DNA of 64,000 nucleotides from a phage: the sequence record PQ478073.1, one strand, 5' to 3'. The first letter of the stretch is position 1; each line of letters begins with the position of its first letter. Position numbers and translations under genes: made by a program. Of this stretch, positions 1 through 9,573 are shown piece by piece. The notes under the pieces were generated by a model that was not told the origin of the DNA, did no database searches, and was given only the letters and a program-made list of their open reading frames with translations.

Positions 1-132
1 TCAGAATGGGTAGTAACTAAATCTATCGAAGCAATCTATAAGGATATCGAATCCCTTTTCAACAAGAAAAGTAAGATTGAATCTGATTCATATAACAAAC
101 GTAAAGAGTTATCTACTGCACTTGGTATCTAA
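1..132 (+). CDS. 3' end of an upstream gene (partial), hypothetical
   Basis: Frame 1 open from window start to TAA at 130-132. Confidence 0.3.
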   Translation, partial: SEWVVTKSIEAIYKDIESLFNKKSKIESDSYNKRKELSTALGI

Positions 133-206
133 AAGTATTTGAGATAACAAATAATATGGAGTACAATGTGCTCCTAATTTAATTATCAGCTAAAAAGGAA
201 AACATT

Positions 207-467
207 ATGAAATCTATTCTCGTTGCAGTTAACCTGGTTGCTTCCCCATCTTTCAACTTCAAACAAGTTGTTGCTGATAATCTGAAGAAGATCTGTCCAA
301 ACGCTGAATTAACTTTCTGTGTGTTTGATTCAGAAAAAGTAACTAAAGTTGATCTAAACTATCTTTTGAACGAAGTAAAAAGCGTTTCTGGTGAAAGTAA
401 CTTAAAAGTTCTTCATGATATTGCAGAAGATTATGATGACACTCTAGTAATTTCGGAGAAATTCTAA
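207..467 (+). CDS. hypothetical protein (86 aa)
   Basis: ORF track; AAGGA RBS upstream of ATG. Confidence 0.5.
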   Translation: MKSILVAVNLVASPSFNFKQVVADNLKKICPNAELTFCVFDSEKVTKVDLNYLLNEVKSVSGESNLKVLHDIAEDYDDTLVISEKF

Positions 468-472
468 ATCAA

Positions 473-892
473 ATGATTACATTCATTCAGTACTTAATCA
501 TTAAATTTTTTGGCTATCATACGATTGAAGGCAAAGCTACACTCGCACATAAAATCTTTGTAGCATTATGTACGGGTGATTATGACGTATTGAATAAGTA
601 CTGTAAATCTAAAGCATGTATTGATATAATGGCACTTCGTATCTATGAGTGCCGTTCCAATAGATACAATTTTTACCAATACAGATTTGATGAAAAAGAA
701 TTTGATAGCATCAAAATGCTTAAGAATTTATGTAACAATAAAAAGAATATGCATATATCAGAATTTGTTGCTTTGTATTTTTATTTAAAAAGTTCATTGT
801 ATATGAACACAATGCAAAGATTCGATACTAGAATTAATGTATTCACCGATAAAGAATTTTATATATACGATAAATTCTTAGATAAGGTTTAA
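473..892 (+). CDS. hypothetical protein (139 aa)
   Basis: ORF track; tightly packed after previous gene. Confidence 0.45.
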   Translation: MITFIQYLIIKFFGYHTIEGKATLAHKIFVALCTGDYDVLNKYCKSKACIDIMALRIYECRSNRYNFYQYRFDEKEFDSIKMLKNLCNNKKNMHISEFVALYFYLKSSLYMNTMQRFDTRINVFTDKEFYIYDKFLDKV

Positions 893-893
893 T

Positions 894-1391
894 ATGACAA
901 CTGTTTATATTGATAAACGATTAAATTTATTGATTACCGATTCTAGAGTTACGTCAACTATACCACGAAACTTATTTGGTTTTTTCCCACTAAGACCAAA
1001 ATATCAATATGGAGTTGTTAATCAAAAAACTTTATATGTACATGACCGTTTATTCAGTGCTAGTGGGGTAGTAAGTGAAATTGATAAAGTACTGGATTGG
1101 TTAATTAATAAAGTACCAGTTATACCTGACAGAAAGTTAAGTTGCCATTGTGTGCTTCTTTCTAAAGATTATGTTATTCATATGATTTTAACTAAAGGAA
1201 AGTTTATTAAAAAACTTGAATATCTACATGAAGACTACACTTTCTTTATGGGAAGTGGTGGAGAATACATGCTAGATGCTGCTATTCATGAAGAACATAC
1301 AACTTTATATGATAAAGTGTTTAGTACTTTCATGGATGTGCACAACCATGATTGCTTCACAGATGATAATATTAATGTATATCGATTTTGA
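894..1391 (+). CDS. hypothetical protein (165 aa)
   Basis: ORF track; start 2 nt after upstream stop. Confidence 0.5.
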   Translation: MTTVYIDKRLNLLITDSRVTSTIPRNLFGFFPLRPKYQYGVVNQKTLYVHDRLFSASGVVSEIDKVLDWLINKVPVIPDRKLSCHCVLLSKDYVIHMILTKGKFIKKLEYLHEDYTFFMGSGGEYMLDAAIHEEHTTLYDKVFSTFMDVHNHDCFTDDNINVYRF

Positions 1392-1412
1392 TTTCGTCAT
1401 TAGGAGATGTAA

Positions 1413-2378
1413 GTGAAAAAGCTTGATTTAAATACAATTGCCGAAGAAGTTCTGGATGAATGTTTTGCTAATGAAGAAGTCAACACACTAGAAGCCTTAG
1501 ATTTCGTTGAAGATAAAGATGATAATGAAGGTAAAGTACAAAGCAGTTTCAAATATAATATTACACTTAAGCGACCACCAAATGTTTCCAATGAAGATCT
1601 AATTCGTGATATTCAAGCTGGTATCAATGTAAAGAAAAACACTGAACTGTTAGTTCGTTACAATTATGGACTGATTATTGATGTAGCAAGTAAATGTACA
1701 TGTTATATCCCATTTGAAGATAAGATTTCATATGGTGTTGAGGGGTTCATGAGAGCACTAAAAACCTTTGATCTTAATAAGAATGTTAAGTTCATTACCT
1801 ATGCTTCTTCTAGTATTTACATGACAGTCTATAACGAAAGTTCTGACGCTAACTATATGGTACACTTCCCACGTTATATGAGTGTTCATAAGATCAAAGT
1901 AAAAAGATTCTGTCAGGAATATATGCGTAAACATGGTGTTCGCCCAACTCCTGAAATAATCTCAGAGGGTACTGGGATTGAGATTCAGCATGTTAATAAT
2001 TGTTTGTTATTTCAAAGCGAATACACTTCGCTGGATGCACCATTAGACGGTGTTACAGATGGTACATTAGGTGACATTATTCATTCACCTGCTTCTGATT
2101 TTAACCTCAATGTTGATAGTATCCGTGCACCTTTACGTTATGCTATCAATGAACTGACTAACGAATTGAGTACTAAAGAACGTGAGATTATCCAGCGTGT
2201 TCATGGTCTAGGTGAATATGAACCTGAAACGCTTCGTGAGATTGCTGATAATGGTTTTGTTGATGATAATGGAAAATATGTTAAATCCCGTTCATCAATA
2301 CACCGAAAGTACAGTGAAGCTATGCAAAAGCTTAAGAAGTTAGTACTTGCAAAAGGGTACGAATACGAAGATTTCTAA
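1413..2378 (+). CDS. sigma-70 family RNA polymerase sigma factor (phage-encoded)
   Basis: GTG start with AGGAG RBS; region-2-like FITYASSSIYMTV and region-4-like LSTKEREIIQRVHGLGEYEPETLREIAD HTH; recalled from sigma-70 alignment. Confidence 0.7.
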   Translation: MKKLDLNTIAEEVLDECFANEEVNTLEALDFVEDKDDNEGKVQSSFKYNITLKRPPNVSNEDLIRDIQAGINVKKNTELLVRYNYGLIIDVASKCTCYIPFEDKISYGVEGFMRALKTFDLNKNVKFITYASSSIYMTVYNESSDANYMVHFPRYMSVHKIKVKRFCQEYMRKHGVRPTPEIISEGTGIEIQHVNNCLLFQSEYTSLDAPLDGVTDGTLGDIIHSPASDFNLNVDSIRAPLRYAINELTNELSTKEREIIQRVHGLGEYEPETLREIADNGFVDDNGKYVKSRSSIHRKYSEAMQKLKKLVLAKGYEYEDF

Positions 2379-2385
2379 AGAACAA

Positions 2386-2411
2386 GGGTTGGCTTATGCC
2401 AACCTTTTTTT
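2386..2411 (+). terminator. rho-independent terminator
   Basis: GGGTTGGC-TTAT-GCCAACC stem-loop followed by T7. Confidence 0.7.
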
Positions 2412-2449
2412 ATGGGATGAAGTAAAAGTTTGTGATATAATTATCTTGT

Positions 2450-3000
2450 ACAATTCTGTTGGCATGATATTCATGTACCTGATCCACTCGAAAACGTAGA
2501 GGGCAGTTGAGCAGTCCGACAGTGCGAACAGCAAAAGAAACCCGTTAGATGTGGGCATAGTTTGAACCCCTCACGGCAATGCGGCTGTATAAAGAACCAC
2601 GTTAGGATAGCTGGTGGTTCCTTGATAGACATATAAGGATAACACCTTACGAATTATCTAAGGGAGAGTTATCGAATTTTGTACAGGAAAGTTGCGTCCA
2701 AAATTTGAGTACTCACATTAAGTATTTGATTGCATAGATACTTAATGAAGATACACTATGTTTAAAAGTGTAGACCGTCATATGAAACTGAAGTAGAGAG
2801 AAACAGGATGACCCGCTTTCGCACTCGTTATGAGTAATCTTCAATGCAATAGCTCTGATACCATCAGCGTCAAATTTCCCTCCTTGTGGGGGGAAGAAAA
2901 ATCCCTTCCTCAAATCCCGTCAATATTAAAAGTCCTTGACAGTTATTAATCATTCGCGTAGAATACGTAGTATTAGAAGCGAACAGACATCTCGAAGAGA
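2450..3000. ncRNA. candidate structured RNA or gene remnant in a 630-bp non-coding gap
   Basis: No convincing ORF; locally GC-richer than flanks; no RBS-start pairs. Confidence 0.2.
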
Positions 3001-3028
3001 TGGATGATTAACCATTAAGGAATATCCA

Positions 3029-3238
3029 ATGAATTCAGTAATCTTTTTAGTAGTCGCTTTTTCTGTTAATTCCGGTGTACAAATAACCCCAATGAATTCC
3101 ATGAATCAATGTATAGCAGTACGTGATAGTACATACGAACAAGTAAACAAAGATATTTGGATTACAGTTAATAAAGAACAAATGTGGTGTTACAATAGTA
3201 ATACTAACACAAAGCTTATTGTAGGACAAACTCAATGA
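3029..3238 (+). CDS. hypothetical protein (69 aa)
   Basis: ORF track; AAGGA RBS. Confidence 0.45.
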   Translation: MNSVIFLVVAFSVNSGVQITPMNSMNQCIAVRDSTYEQVNKDIWITVNKEQMWCYNSNTNTKLIVGQTQ

Positions 3239-3465
3239 GTTATGGTGTTCGTTTTGAGATTCGTTCTATTGTCATCGATGCAGAGAAACAAGTATCGTTA
3301 GATGGTGATATACGTGAAATTTATCTATCATGTATACGTGCGAAATCTGAAGCAGATGCCTTAGTACAAATGTATAGTTTTAACTTTTCAAATGGATTCT
3401 ATTTGGTACGAGTTGTTGAAGTTAAAAAAGTAATTCTTGGTTGTTGCATAGAAGGAATAATGTAA
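3235..3465 (+). CDS. hypothetical protein (76 aa)
   Basis: ORF track; overlaps upstream stop (ATGA). Confidence 0.45.
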   Translation: MSYGVRFEIRSIVIDAEKQVSLDGDIREIYLSCIRAKSEADALVQMYSFNFSNGFYLVRVVEVKKVILGCCIEGIM

Positions 3466-4254
3466 ATGAGCACTATCGATGAACTGATTCAACGGAATTC
3501 AAAATATTACCAACCATCAGAAATTGTGGATAACATTACTAAATCTGAGTTTGGACCGAACACACGCAAACTCATTCATGTAATGTCACGTGATGGCTTT
3601 AAATGTGATTGTTGTGGTGAATCAAATGTAGTATTCACTTTACATAAGCACAGTACTAAAGAACGTTATAAATTCAGACCTTATGTACTTAAAGGGAAAC
3701 GCCTTGTACGCATGACGTTAGACCATAATGTACTGGACTGTCTTCAGGGCGGTAATGATAAAGAGAACATGACTGCACTGTGTGAAGATTGTAACGCATT
3801 ACGCCAGCATAAGTTTGCTGAATACAGTGAGTTTAAACACTGGTATCATAACGCGGATCGTTCAATCGAGCCTGACGTTAACTACTGCTTCATTGAGTAC
3901 ATTAAGAATGCCAAAGATACATACATTCTTAAATCAATGTCACCTATTACCGTGTTTCCTGAGAACCTATTCACTACATTAAAGAATAGTTTTATTGTAG
4001 GTGATATTGATGCATTCAAGTATTTTGACAAAGGTGCAAAACATTTTGAAATTCAATGTCTTAGTACTGCACTATGTGAACTCATTAAAATTTACATAAA
4101 AGAGTATTTGGGTATTGACAATGTACGTGTACCAGAGTATACTTTTTCTATTGAATTCGATTGTGAATCAATCAAAGAGTTTGGAATTCTTTTCAATAAA
4201 CAAATAGAACTTGCAATTCAAAACGAAATCAAGTACTATACTACTAACATTTAA
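3466..4254 (+). CDS. HNH endonuclease (possible free-standing homing endonuclease)
   Basis: CxxC...DHNVLDCLQGGNDKENMTALCEDCN HNH motif with zinc-ligand cysteines. Confidence 0.7.
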   Translation: MSTIDELIQRNSKYYQPSEIVDNITKSEFGPNTRKLIHVMSRDGFKCDCCGESNVVFTLHKHSTKERYKFRPYVLKGKRLVRMTLDHNVLDCLQGGNDKENMTALCEDCNALRQHKFAEYSEFKHWYHNADRSIEPDVNYCFIEYIKNAKDTYILKSMSPITVFPENLFTTLKNSFIVGDIDAFKYFDKGAKHFEIQCLSTALCELIKIYIKEYLGIDNVRVPEYTFSIEFDCESIKEFGILFNKQIELAIQNEIKYYTTNI

Positions 4255-4269
4255 TCAGAGGAAATTATC

Positions 4270-4452
4270 ATGCAAATTATCATTCTTATCGTTGGCATCA
4301 TGCTGGGTGTTTACGGTCACTCCTGGATGAACGAGAAGTTTCCTAATACGCGTCCTGAGTATTGCAGTACTAATGTATTCCAGAATGGTGAGAAACCAAA
4401 GGAAAGCATTGGTAAAAAGCTGGATAAAGTACTTGATGTGATCAATGAATAA
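4270..4452 (+). CDS. small membrane protein (60 aa)
   Basis: GAGGA RBS; hydrophobic N-terminus IIILIVGIMLGVYG. Confidence 0.5.
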   Translation: MQIIILIVGIMLGVYGHSWMNEKFPNTRPEYCSTNVFQNGEKPKESIGKKLDKVLDVINE

Positions 4453-4663
4453 GGGCCATAAAATGTTTAAACCGAATTCCAATGTTGGTAAGAAAGTTCA
4501 ATTACTTGAAGATGTATCCACCATGAGTGGAATTTTCCCAAGAGGTCACATCATGACTATTATTGCCGAAACATCCCGTGGGTGGGATTTGGAAGATGCT
4601 GATGGTAATCGCATCCTTGAGGCTGGATTCTATGGTCATCGTGAATATAAAATCATTGATTAA
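4445..4663 (+). CDS. hypothetical protein (start uncertain)
   Basis: ORF track; alternative in-frame ATG at 4463. Confidence 0.4.
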   Translation: MNKGHKMFKPNSNVGKKVQLLEDVSTMSGIFPRGHIMTIIAETSRGWDLEDADGNRILEAGFYGHREYKIID

Positions 4664-4672
4664 GGATACAAC

Positions 4673-4756
4673 ATGACTTTAGAGATTGTCTTTGGTATTG
4701 TTAGCTTAGTCGTCTGTGTGGGTTGGTTTGGGTATCTGATGATTTTTGGTGATTAA
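4673..4756 (+). CDS. small hydrophobic peptide (27 aa)
   Basis: AAGGA RBS then ATG; below ORF-track cutoff. Confidence 0.3.
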   Translation: MTLEIVFGIVSLVVCVGWFGYLMIFGD

Positions 4757-4759
4757 TAC

Positions 4760-4787
4760 TTGACATAAGATATCAGTACTGTATAAT
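4760..4787 (+). promoter_or_regulatory. sigma-70-like promoter TTGACA-N16-TATAAT with cAGTACTG upstream of -10
   Basis: TTGACA 4760-4765, TATAAT 4782-4787; same motif at 8724, 19352, 47361. Confidence 0.65.
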
Positions 4788-4880
4788 GTTTATATCAAAG
4801 GGAATGCAGTGAAAGGAAAGACAGCATAATCGTACTCGTCACTGCGTTTCCACCCTTTTAAATTAAATGAGGAATTAACT

Positions 4881-5189
4881 ATGTTTCAAACTAACACTCA
4901 AGGTTTTGTAATCATTGATTTGAATCAAAACAGCGGTTATTGGATGAAACCTACTGACGCATGTATGCAGTTTGATTTTTTAGGTTACAGGATTAGTGTA
5001 AGTACTGGTGCTTCTGTACTGCGTGGTGGTTGTATCGTTGAACATCTGGTAACTGATCCAGAAGGTCGTGAGTATGAAATCGCAGGTTCAGTACAAGATG
5101 CCATTATGTTTGTATGTCAGCGTGAAATGAATAGTTCGAATTCAAATGCACTGACTCATGCTCTTTCTCAAGAAGTGGAGGTTCGTTAA
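4881..5189 (+). CDS. hypothetical protein (102 aa)
   Basis: ORF track; GAGGA RBS. Confidence 0.55.
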   Translation: MFQTNTQGFVIIDLNQNSGYWMKPTDACMQFDFLGYRISVSTGASVLRGGCIVEHLVTDPEGREYEIAGSVQDAIMFVCQREMNSSNSNALTHALSQEVEVR

Positions 5190-5434
5190 TGAAATATATC
5201 GTAGCAGTACTCGTCGCATTTCTACTCACTGCATGTGATGCTTCTACCAAAGAACGTACAAGTGATTTTGTTCTACCTGCTGAATTAAAAGAAGCAGGGT
5301 GTAAGATTTATCGTATGCAACAAGATGGTGCTGGTGCGACTTTATACACTGTGTACTGTCCTAATGCAAATACAAGTACTGGATACACTAGCGGTAAAAC
5401 ACGAATCAACACTTCCGTAATTCATGGAGAATAA
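5189..5434 (+). CDS. putative lipoprotein (81 aa)
   Basis: Signal peptide with lipobox LLTAC. Confidence 0.55.
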   Translation: MKYIVAVLVAFLLTACDASTKERTSDFVLPAELKEAGCKIYRMQQDGAGATLYTVYCPNANTSTGYTSGKTRINTSVIHGE

Positions 5435-5436
5435 CA

Positions 5437-5805
5437 ATGAGCCTTGATACAACACGTGCAGCAGATTTATTAACTCGTCTGAATGATGAAGAATATCTTG
5501 CTGAGATAAAGTACAAGCTTGACAAACTTGTTCGAAGTGCTGAAGTAATTGAAGTTGAAGGTCACTTACCGATGGATCAATACCATAGGTTCAAGGAAGA
5601 TATGGTTTATTATCCTAATGAAATTTGGATTGAGTGGCAACATTGGACTAACAAAACTCTTCGCATTGAAGGGTATTGTGTGAAGTATGAAAGTTCACCT
5701 GGTGATGTTACAAAAACTCTATCAATTTGGTGTACAAAAACACATGAACTCGTTGAGGTGAATTTGAATTATATGAATGGCTTCCGTTGGGGTGATGTTC
5801 AATGA
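5437..5805 (+). CDS. hypothetical protein (122 aa)
   Basis: ORF track; GGAGA RBS. Confidence 0.5.
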   Translation: MSLDTTRAADLLTRLNDEEYLAEIKYKLDKLVRSAEVIEVEGHLPMDQYHRFKEDMVYYPNEIWIEWQHWTNKTLRIEGYCVKYESSPGDVTKTLSIWCTKTHELVEVNLNYMNGFRWGDVQ

Positions 5806-6077
5806 TTAAAAAACTATTGACAGTTGTCTTTGTATTCTGTACAATGTTTCTTACAGCATGTAATGATGACGGCAGGTTTAGTGCAAAAGACTTAGTTCGT
5901 CAGGATTGTACATTCACAGGTAAGTCTTTTATTAACGAGTATGAGGTATGTACACAATCAGGTCGTATCTGTGGTGGTTGGGAAAAACGACAGGAGCGAT
6001 TGTATGTATATGAATGCCCTGGACATCACAACAAAGTACTAAGCACACACAAACTTGTTTATGATAAGGTTGAATAA
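5802..6077 (+). CDS. putative lipoprotein (91 aa)
   Basis: Signal peptide with lipobox FLTAC; overlaps upstream stop. Confidence 0.55.
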   Translation: MIKKLLTVVFVFCTMFLTACNDDGRFSAKDLVRQDCTFTGKSFINEYEVCTQSGRICGGWEKRQERLYVYECPGHHNKVLSTHKLVYDKVE

Positions 6078-6292
6078 TGACTACCAATGAAATGATGCAG
6101 GTTATTTGGGATAAAGGTTGTGATATTAAAATCACTAGTACTGATGTTCGTGTATTCAAAACTGAATATATGGAGTACTTGGACCTTGATACTTATAATA
6201 ATATTGTATCAATTGAACACAAAGGTGCAGTACTGGAAACCATTGACGTAGTACTCAAGAAAGCTACCGACCTATTAGGAGTGGCAGTGTGA
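6077..6292 (+). CDS. hypothetical protein (71 aa)
   Basis: ORF track; ATGA overlap. Confidence 0.5.
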   Translation: MTTNEMMQVIWDKGCDIKITSTDVRVFKTEYMEYLDLDTYNNIVSIEHKGAVLETIDVVLKKATDLLGVAV

Positions 6293-6435
6293 ATAACAAA
6301 GAGTGGGAAGATTACCGCAAGAAGTGCAGGGAGTTTGATAAAGAACTTACTGGTACAGTGAATGCAGTAATGTGGGTATCTGTAATTATTGCAGTTCTTG
6401 CGTTGGGTGCTATTATTATTAATAAATTATTCTAA
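6289..6435 (+). CDS. small membrane protein (48 aa)
   Basis: GTG start overlapping upstream stop, AGGAG RBS; C-terminal TM helix; not in ORF track. Confidence 0.35.
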   Translation: MNNKEWEDYRKKCREFDKELTGTVNAVMWVSVIIAVLALGAIIINKLF

Positions 6436-6445
6436 GGCGAATATC

Positions 6446-6646
6446 ATGTTTACTTTATATCTCGCAGTAGTTCTCACCAATGGTGAAATCACTCGTACTA
6501 TTGGTGAAGGTGTATATAAAACACCAGACCAGTGCTACTCTGCCACTCATTGGCCTCGCGATAGTGGGGATGAAACTCGCACTGAATTCAAATGCATGAA
6601 AGTAAAAGGTGATTTTGTTAACCTTAAGGTTATCGAGGCGAAATAA
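6446..6646 (+). CDS. hypothetical protein (66 aa)
   Basis: Internal ATG of track ORF 6389..6646 chosen to avoid overlap. Confidence 0.45.
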   Translation: MFTLYLAVVLTNGEITRTIGEGVYKTPDQCYSATHWPRDSGDETRTEFKCMKVKGDFVNLKVIEAK

Positions 6647-7164
6647 TGGATATTAATGAGTTGTTGAAATTAGTGTTTAATCGTGAACGCCGCGATACAA
6701 GACCAATTGAATATCAAGATGTGATACGCATTGAAACTGATTTCTGTTATGGTAAAACAACTCATGACCTTTTGAATCTCTCTGGAAAACGCTATGCTGA
6801 TGTTTGTTTTTCAGAGAGAAGTGATGGTTCAGAAATAACGAGTACTGATATTGTTTGTTACGCACGCAGTGCTGATAAATCTTATGAAATAGAACTTATA
6901 TATTCCCCTAGTTCTAAAACAAATCATCACCGCCATATTTTATATGATGTTTACACACCACCTGGTATTGCTGAATATTTTGTTATTGATTATAGTACTG
7001 AAGAAAATGTGTTTCAACAAAGTTTGATTTATAACTTTGAGGTGAATGATCCATTAGTACCAAAGTTGTTCAAACTACTTGACACCATAGATGTTGATTT
7101 TGAATTTGTTATGTGCATTAGAACTTCTTTATTCAATGAATTCATGGAACTTTTTAATATATGA
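6646..7164 (+). CDS. hypothetical protein (172 aa)
   Basis: ORF track; ATGA overlap. Confidence 0.55.
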   Translation: MDINELLKLVFNRERRDTRPIEYQDVIRIETDFCYGKTTHDLLNLSGKRYADVCFSERSDGSEITSTDIVCYARSADKSYEIELIYSPSSKTNHHRHILYDVYTPPGIAEYFVIDYSTEENVFQQSLIYNFEVNDPLVPKLFKLLDTIDVDFEFVMCIRTSLFNEFMELFNI

Positions 7165-7382
7165 ATAGATACTATGTTGTGTATGAACACGTCTCTGAAT
7201 TTAATAACATACGCGGGTTTTCCAGAGTAGTCACCAAGATGGATGTATTCATTCGTGCTCTTAGTGAAGTAGATGCACTGTTTAAATTGTTTGATGAAAT
7301 TACAAAGTATAACACACCTAAAACACACCGCTATGTGGAAACTGTACATAGCATTATGCTAACTGAAAGTGATGAGGAATGA
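7161..7382 (+). CDS. hypothetical protein (73 aa)
   Basis: ORF track. Confidence 0.45.
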   Translation: MNRYYVVYEHVSEFNNIRGFSRVVTKMDVFIRALSEVDALFKLFDEITKYNTPKTHRYVETVHSIMLTESDEE

Positions 7383-7385
7383 TAA

Positions 7386-7604
7386 ATGAATTTATATCTA
7401 GTTGAAGGTTTAGTACAAGTCTATAAACCAGAAGGTGAAGGTCAACGTTTTTCACACGTAGAAGAATTTAAGTACGTTGTACAGGCTGATGGTCAGTACG
7501 ATGCGGAAATTCAAGTAGATGAATCATTCCGTAAGAAAAATGAAATTGGTAAATTTCAATACCAGAACTTACAATATAAAGTATGGCCTAGTATAAATGA
7601 CTAA
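7386..7604 (+). CDS. hypothetical protein (72 aa)
   Basis: ORF track; GAGGA RBS. Confidence 0.5.
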   Translation: MNLYLVEGLVQVYKPEGEGQRFSHVEEFKYVVQADGQYDAEIQVDESFRKKNEIGKFQYQNLQYKVWPSIND

Positions 7605-7812
7605 GATGTGGTGGTGTCATGGTGTATATAACGTGTATGTAAATGGTAGATATAAAATGTCTAGTACCTATGCAAGACGTGTTAATGCGAACAACCAAGT
7701 TGATGCTGCTTGTGAGATCATTGAGTGGTATGCTGAGTTCAATGCACCTGACTATATGTACGAAATAGTTACAATAAATGTTGTACAAATCGATACATCT
7801 TTGATACAATAA
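7597..7812 (+). CDS. hypothetical protein (71 aa)
   Basis: ORF track. Confidence 0.4.
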   Translation: MTKMWWCHGVYNVYVNGRYKMSSTYARRVNANNQVDAACEIIEWYAEFNAPDYMYEIVTINVVQIDTSLIQ

Positions 7813-7844
7813 CCACATCAAAAAAATTGCATCTGAGGATACTT

Positions 7845-8507
7845 ATGTTAGTTAATCTTAATTTCATCACTTCACCTGACTGGGCATTACGTGGAGTTTC
7901 TTTAAACTTCAAGGAAACTATGTTTGACTACATTGGTGAGTGTACATTGGTAAATGCAACTTTTGATCCAAATCATCCGTTTTGGGCTGAAATTCATGAT
8001 CCAAATGTAAACAACAATACATCTGTTATGACTATTGTCCAGACTAAACATGCAGGTATCCTTGCAGGTTATCGACCTGCACATGCAATTGAACACTTCA
8101 CTGATTACGATGTCGTGGATGAATACCCAATGATCCATGAAGATGGAAGTCTATACACATCTGAAGACTTCCGTGCTATCTTTAATAGTACTGATGATAT
8201 TCTACCAAGTGGACGTCCACGTCCTGAGTCTTATCTTATGCATCCATCTTATGGTGTAGCAGATACGCTTGAACAGATTATGAATAAGTACAAGAACCTA
8301 ATTGAAGGTCCAGAAGAAATTGTCCTGTGCTATCACCCAGTACTGAAGTCTGAACAACCAAAGGATGGTGGATGGCGTTGGCATAAGAATGGTGAGTATA
8401 TCGGTACTAAACGAAGTAAAGAACGTTTTGAGTACTTGTATGATGAGCCAGATGTTGATGTGGTTTTGTGTTATAATTTTATTAAGGTGAAAAAGAAATG
8501 TATCTAG
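7845..8507 (+). CDS. hypothetical protein (220 aa)
   Basis: ATG 7845 with GAGGA RBS; track start 7827 is TTG. Confidence 0.55.
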   Translation: MLVNLNFITSPDWALRGVSLNFKETMFDYIGECTLVNATFDPNHPFWAEIHDPNVNNNTSVMTIVQTKHAGILAGYRPAHAIEHFTDYDVVDEYPMIHEDGSLYTSEDFRAIFNSTDDILPSGRPRPESYLMHPSYGVADTLEQIMNKYKNLIEGPEEIVLCYHPVLKSEQPKDGGWRWHKNGEYIGTKRSKERFEYLYDEPDVDVVLCYNFIKVKKKCI

Positions 8508-8740
8508 TACTAAGTTTTGTTGTTGCACTATTGTTTATGTTCTATCCTACACTAGTGGCATTAGCCACTAGACGAACGATGGTAGATCTCACTACTGTAT
8601 TCTTGCTAAACGTGGCATTAGTACTGGTGTCTATTATCATTCCAGTGAGCTTTACAGTTATTGATATTATTTCGGTATTACTCTTCGTGTTAAGTTATCT
8701 TATGCTTATTGAAGAAACAAATGTTGACAAACGTTCGTAG
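8498..8740 (+). CDS. small membrane protein (80 aa)
   Basis: Two predicted TM helices. Confidence 0.5.
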   Translation: MYLVLSFVVALLFMFYPTLVALATRRTMVDLTTVFLLNVALVLVSIIIPVSFTVIDIISVLLFVLSYLMLIEETNVDKRS

Positions 8741-8751
8741 TACTGTATAAT
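8724..8751 (+). promoter_or_regulatory. promoter TTGACA-N16-TATAAT (AGTACTG-TATAAT type)
   Basis: TTGACA 8724-8729, TATAAT 8746-8751. Confidence 0.6.
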
Positions 8752-8797
8752 GGTTCCTGTAGTCTGAAACTTAACACTTAAACTTGAGGTAAAAAAT

Positions 8798-9124
8798 ATG
8801 CTATCAGTACTAATTTCAATTCCGTCTTTAATTCTGATTTGGCTTCTGGTTTACGAATGCTTTATTACTGATGATAATGATAAAAAAGAGTTCTCTGAGT
8901 TGTTTATGCTTGATTCGCCGATTGTGCGTATTTTCTATACAGTCGTTGTGGTTTCAGTAATTGTATGGGTTTTGAGTTTTATCTTCCCACTCGGTGCAGT
9001 AGTTAAAACTTTGGATTTAGTTGAGAACTTTGTTGCAATTATGTGGCTAATCAAAGCACTATTTGCAGGAAATGTTAAAATTTGGATTGATATTATCAAA
9101 TTCAAGTTCACGAATAAGATGTAA
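8798..9124 (+). CDS. membrane protein (108 aa)
   Basis: GAGGT RBS; multiple hydrophobic segments. Confidence 0.55.
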   Translation: MLSVLISIPSLILIWLLVYECFITDDNDKKEFSELFMLDSPIVRIFYTVVVVSVIVWVLSFIFPLGAVVKTLDLVENFVAIMWLIKALFAGNVKIWIDIIKFKFTNKM

Positions 9125-9202
9125 CAGTGAAAATATCTCTATAGTATTAAATACTTCTGTACATATATATAGTACAGAAGTATTTCTCGTTAGAGGTTTG
9201 TT

Positions 9203-9562
9203 ATGAAGAGTTATATAAAATTAATAGCACTTGTGTGTGCATTATTTTCATGTTTTAGTTATGGTGCAGCAGCAGAAACATATTGTCGTAGTACTAAGGG
9301 AACGTGGCATGTATTGACTAACGACCCTAGAAATGGTAAAAATATAGTTGTTGATGGTGTGATTTATCGTTTTAAAGTAGAAAGTATTATCGGTAATAAA
9401 AAAATCTCGACTTATAGAGATGATTCTGGTACATTAGCAAACGTAATATTAATTGTAGACCCAAGAACTGGTAATGGTGATATCTATATAGTAATTTACT
9501 TGGACTCATCGGTACGCCGTGACCTAGATATAGATAAATTGAACTTACACTGTGAAATATAG
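9203..9562 (+). CDS. secreted protein (119 aa)
   Basis: N-terminal signal peptide ...FSYGAAAE. Confidence 0.55.
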   Translation: MKSYIKLIALVCALFSCFSYGAAAETYCRSTKGTWHVLTNDPRNGKNIVVDGVIYRFKVESIIGNKKISTYRDDSGTLANVILIVDPRTGNGDIYIVIYLDSSVRRDLDIDKLNLHCEI

Positions 9563-9573
9563 GACTTAAAAAA

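Noticed and set aside
1400-1591. Antisense or overlapping short ORFs throughout 1-28 kb (e.g. 1400..1591 -, 3047..3235 -, 14209..14451 -, 21486..21750 -)
   Set aside because: Fully embedded in longer same-region ORFs on the other strand, no RBS, and they break the compact co-directional gene organisation.
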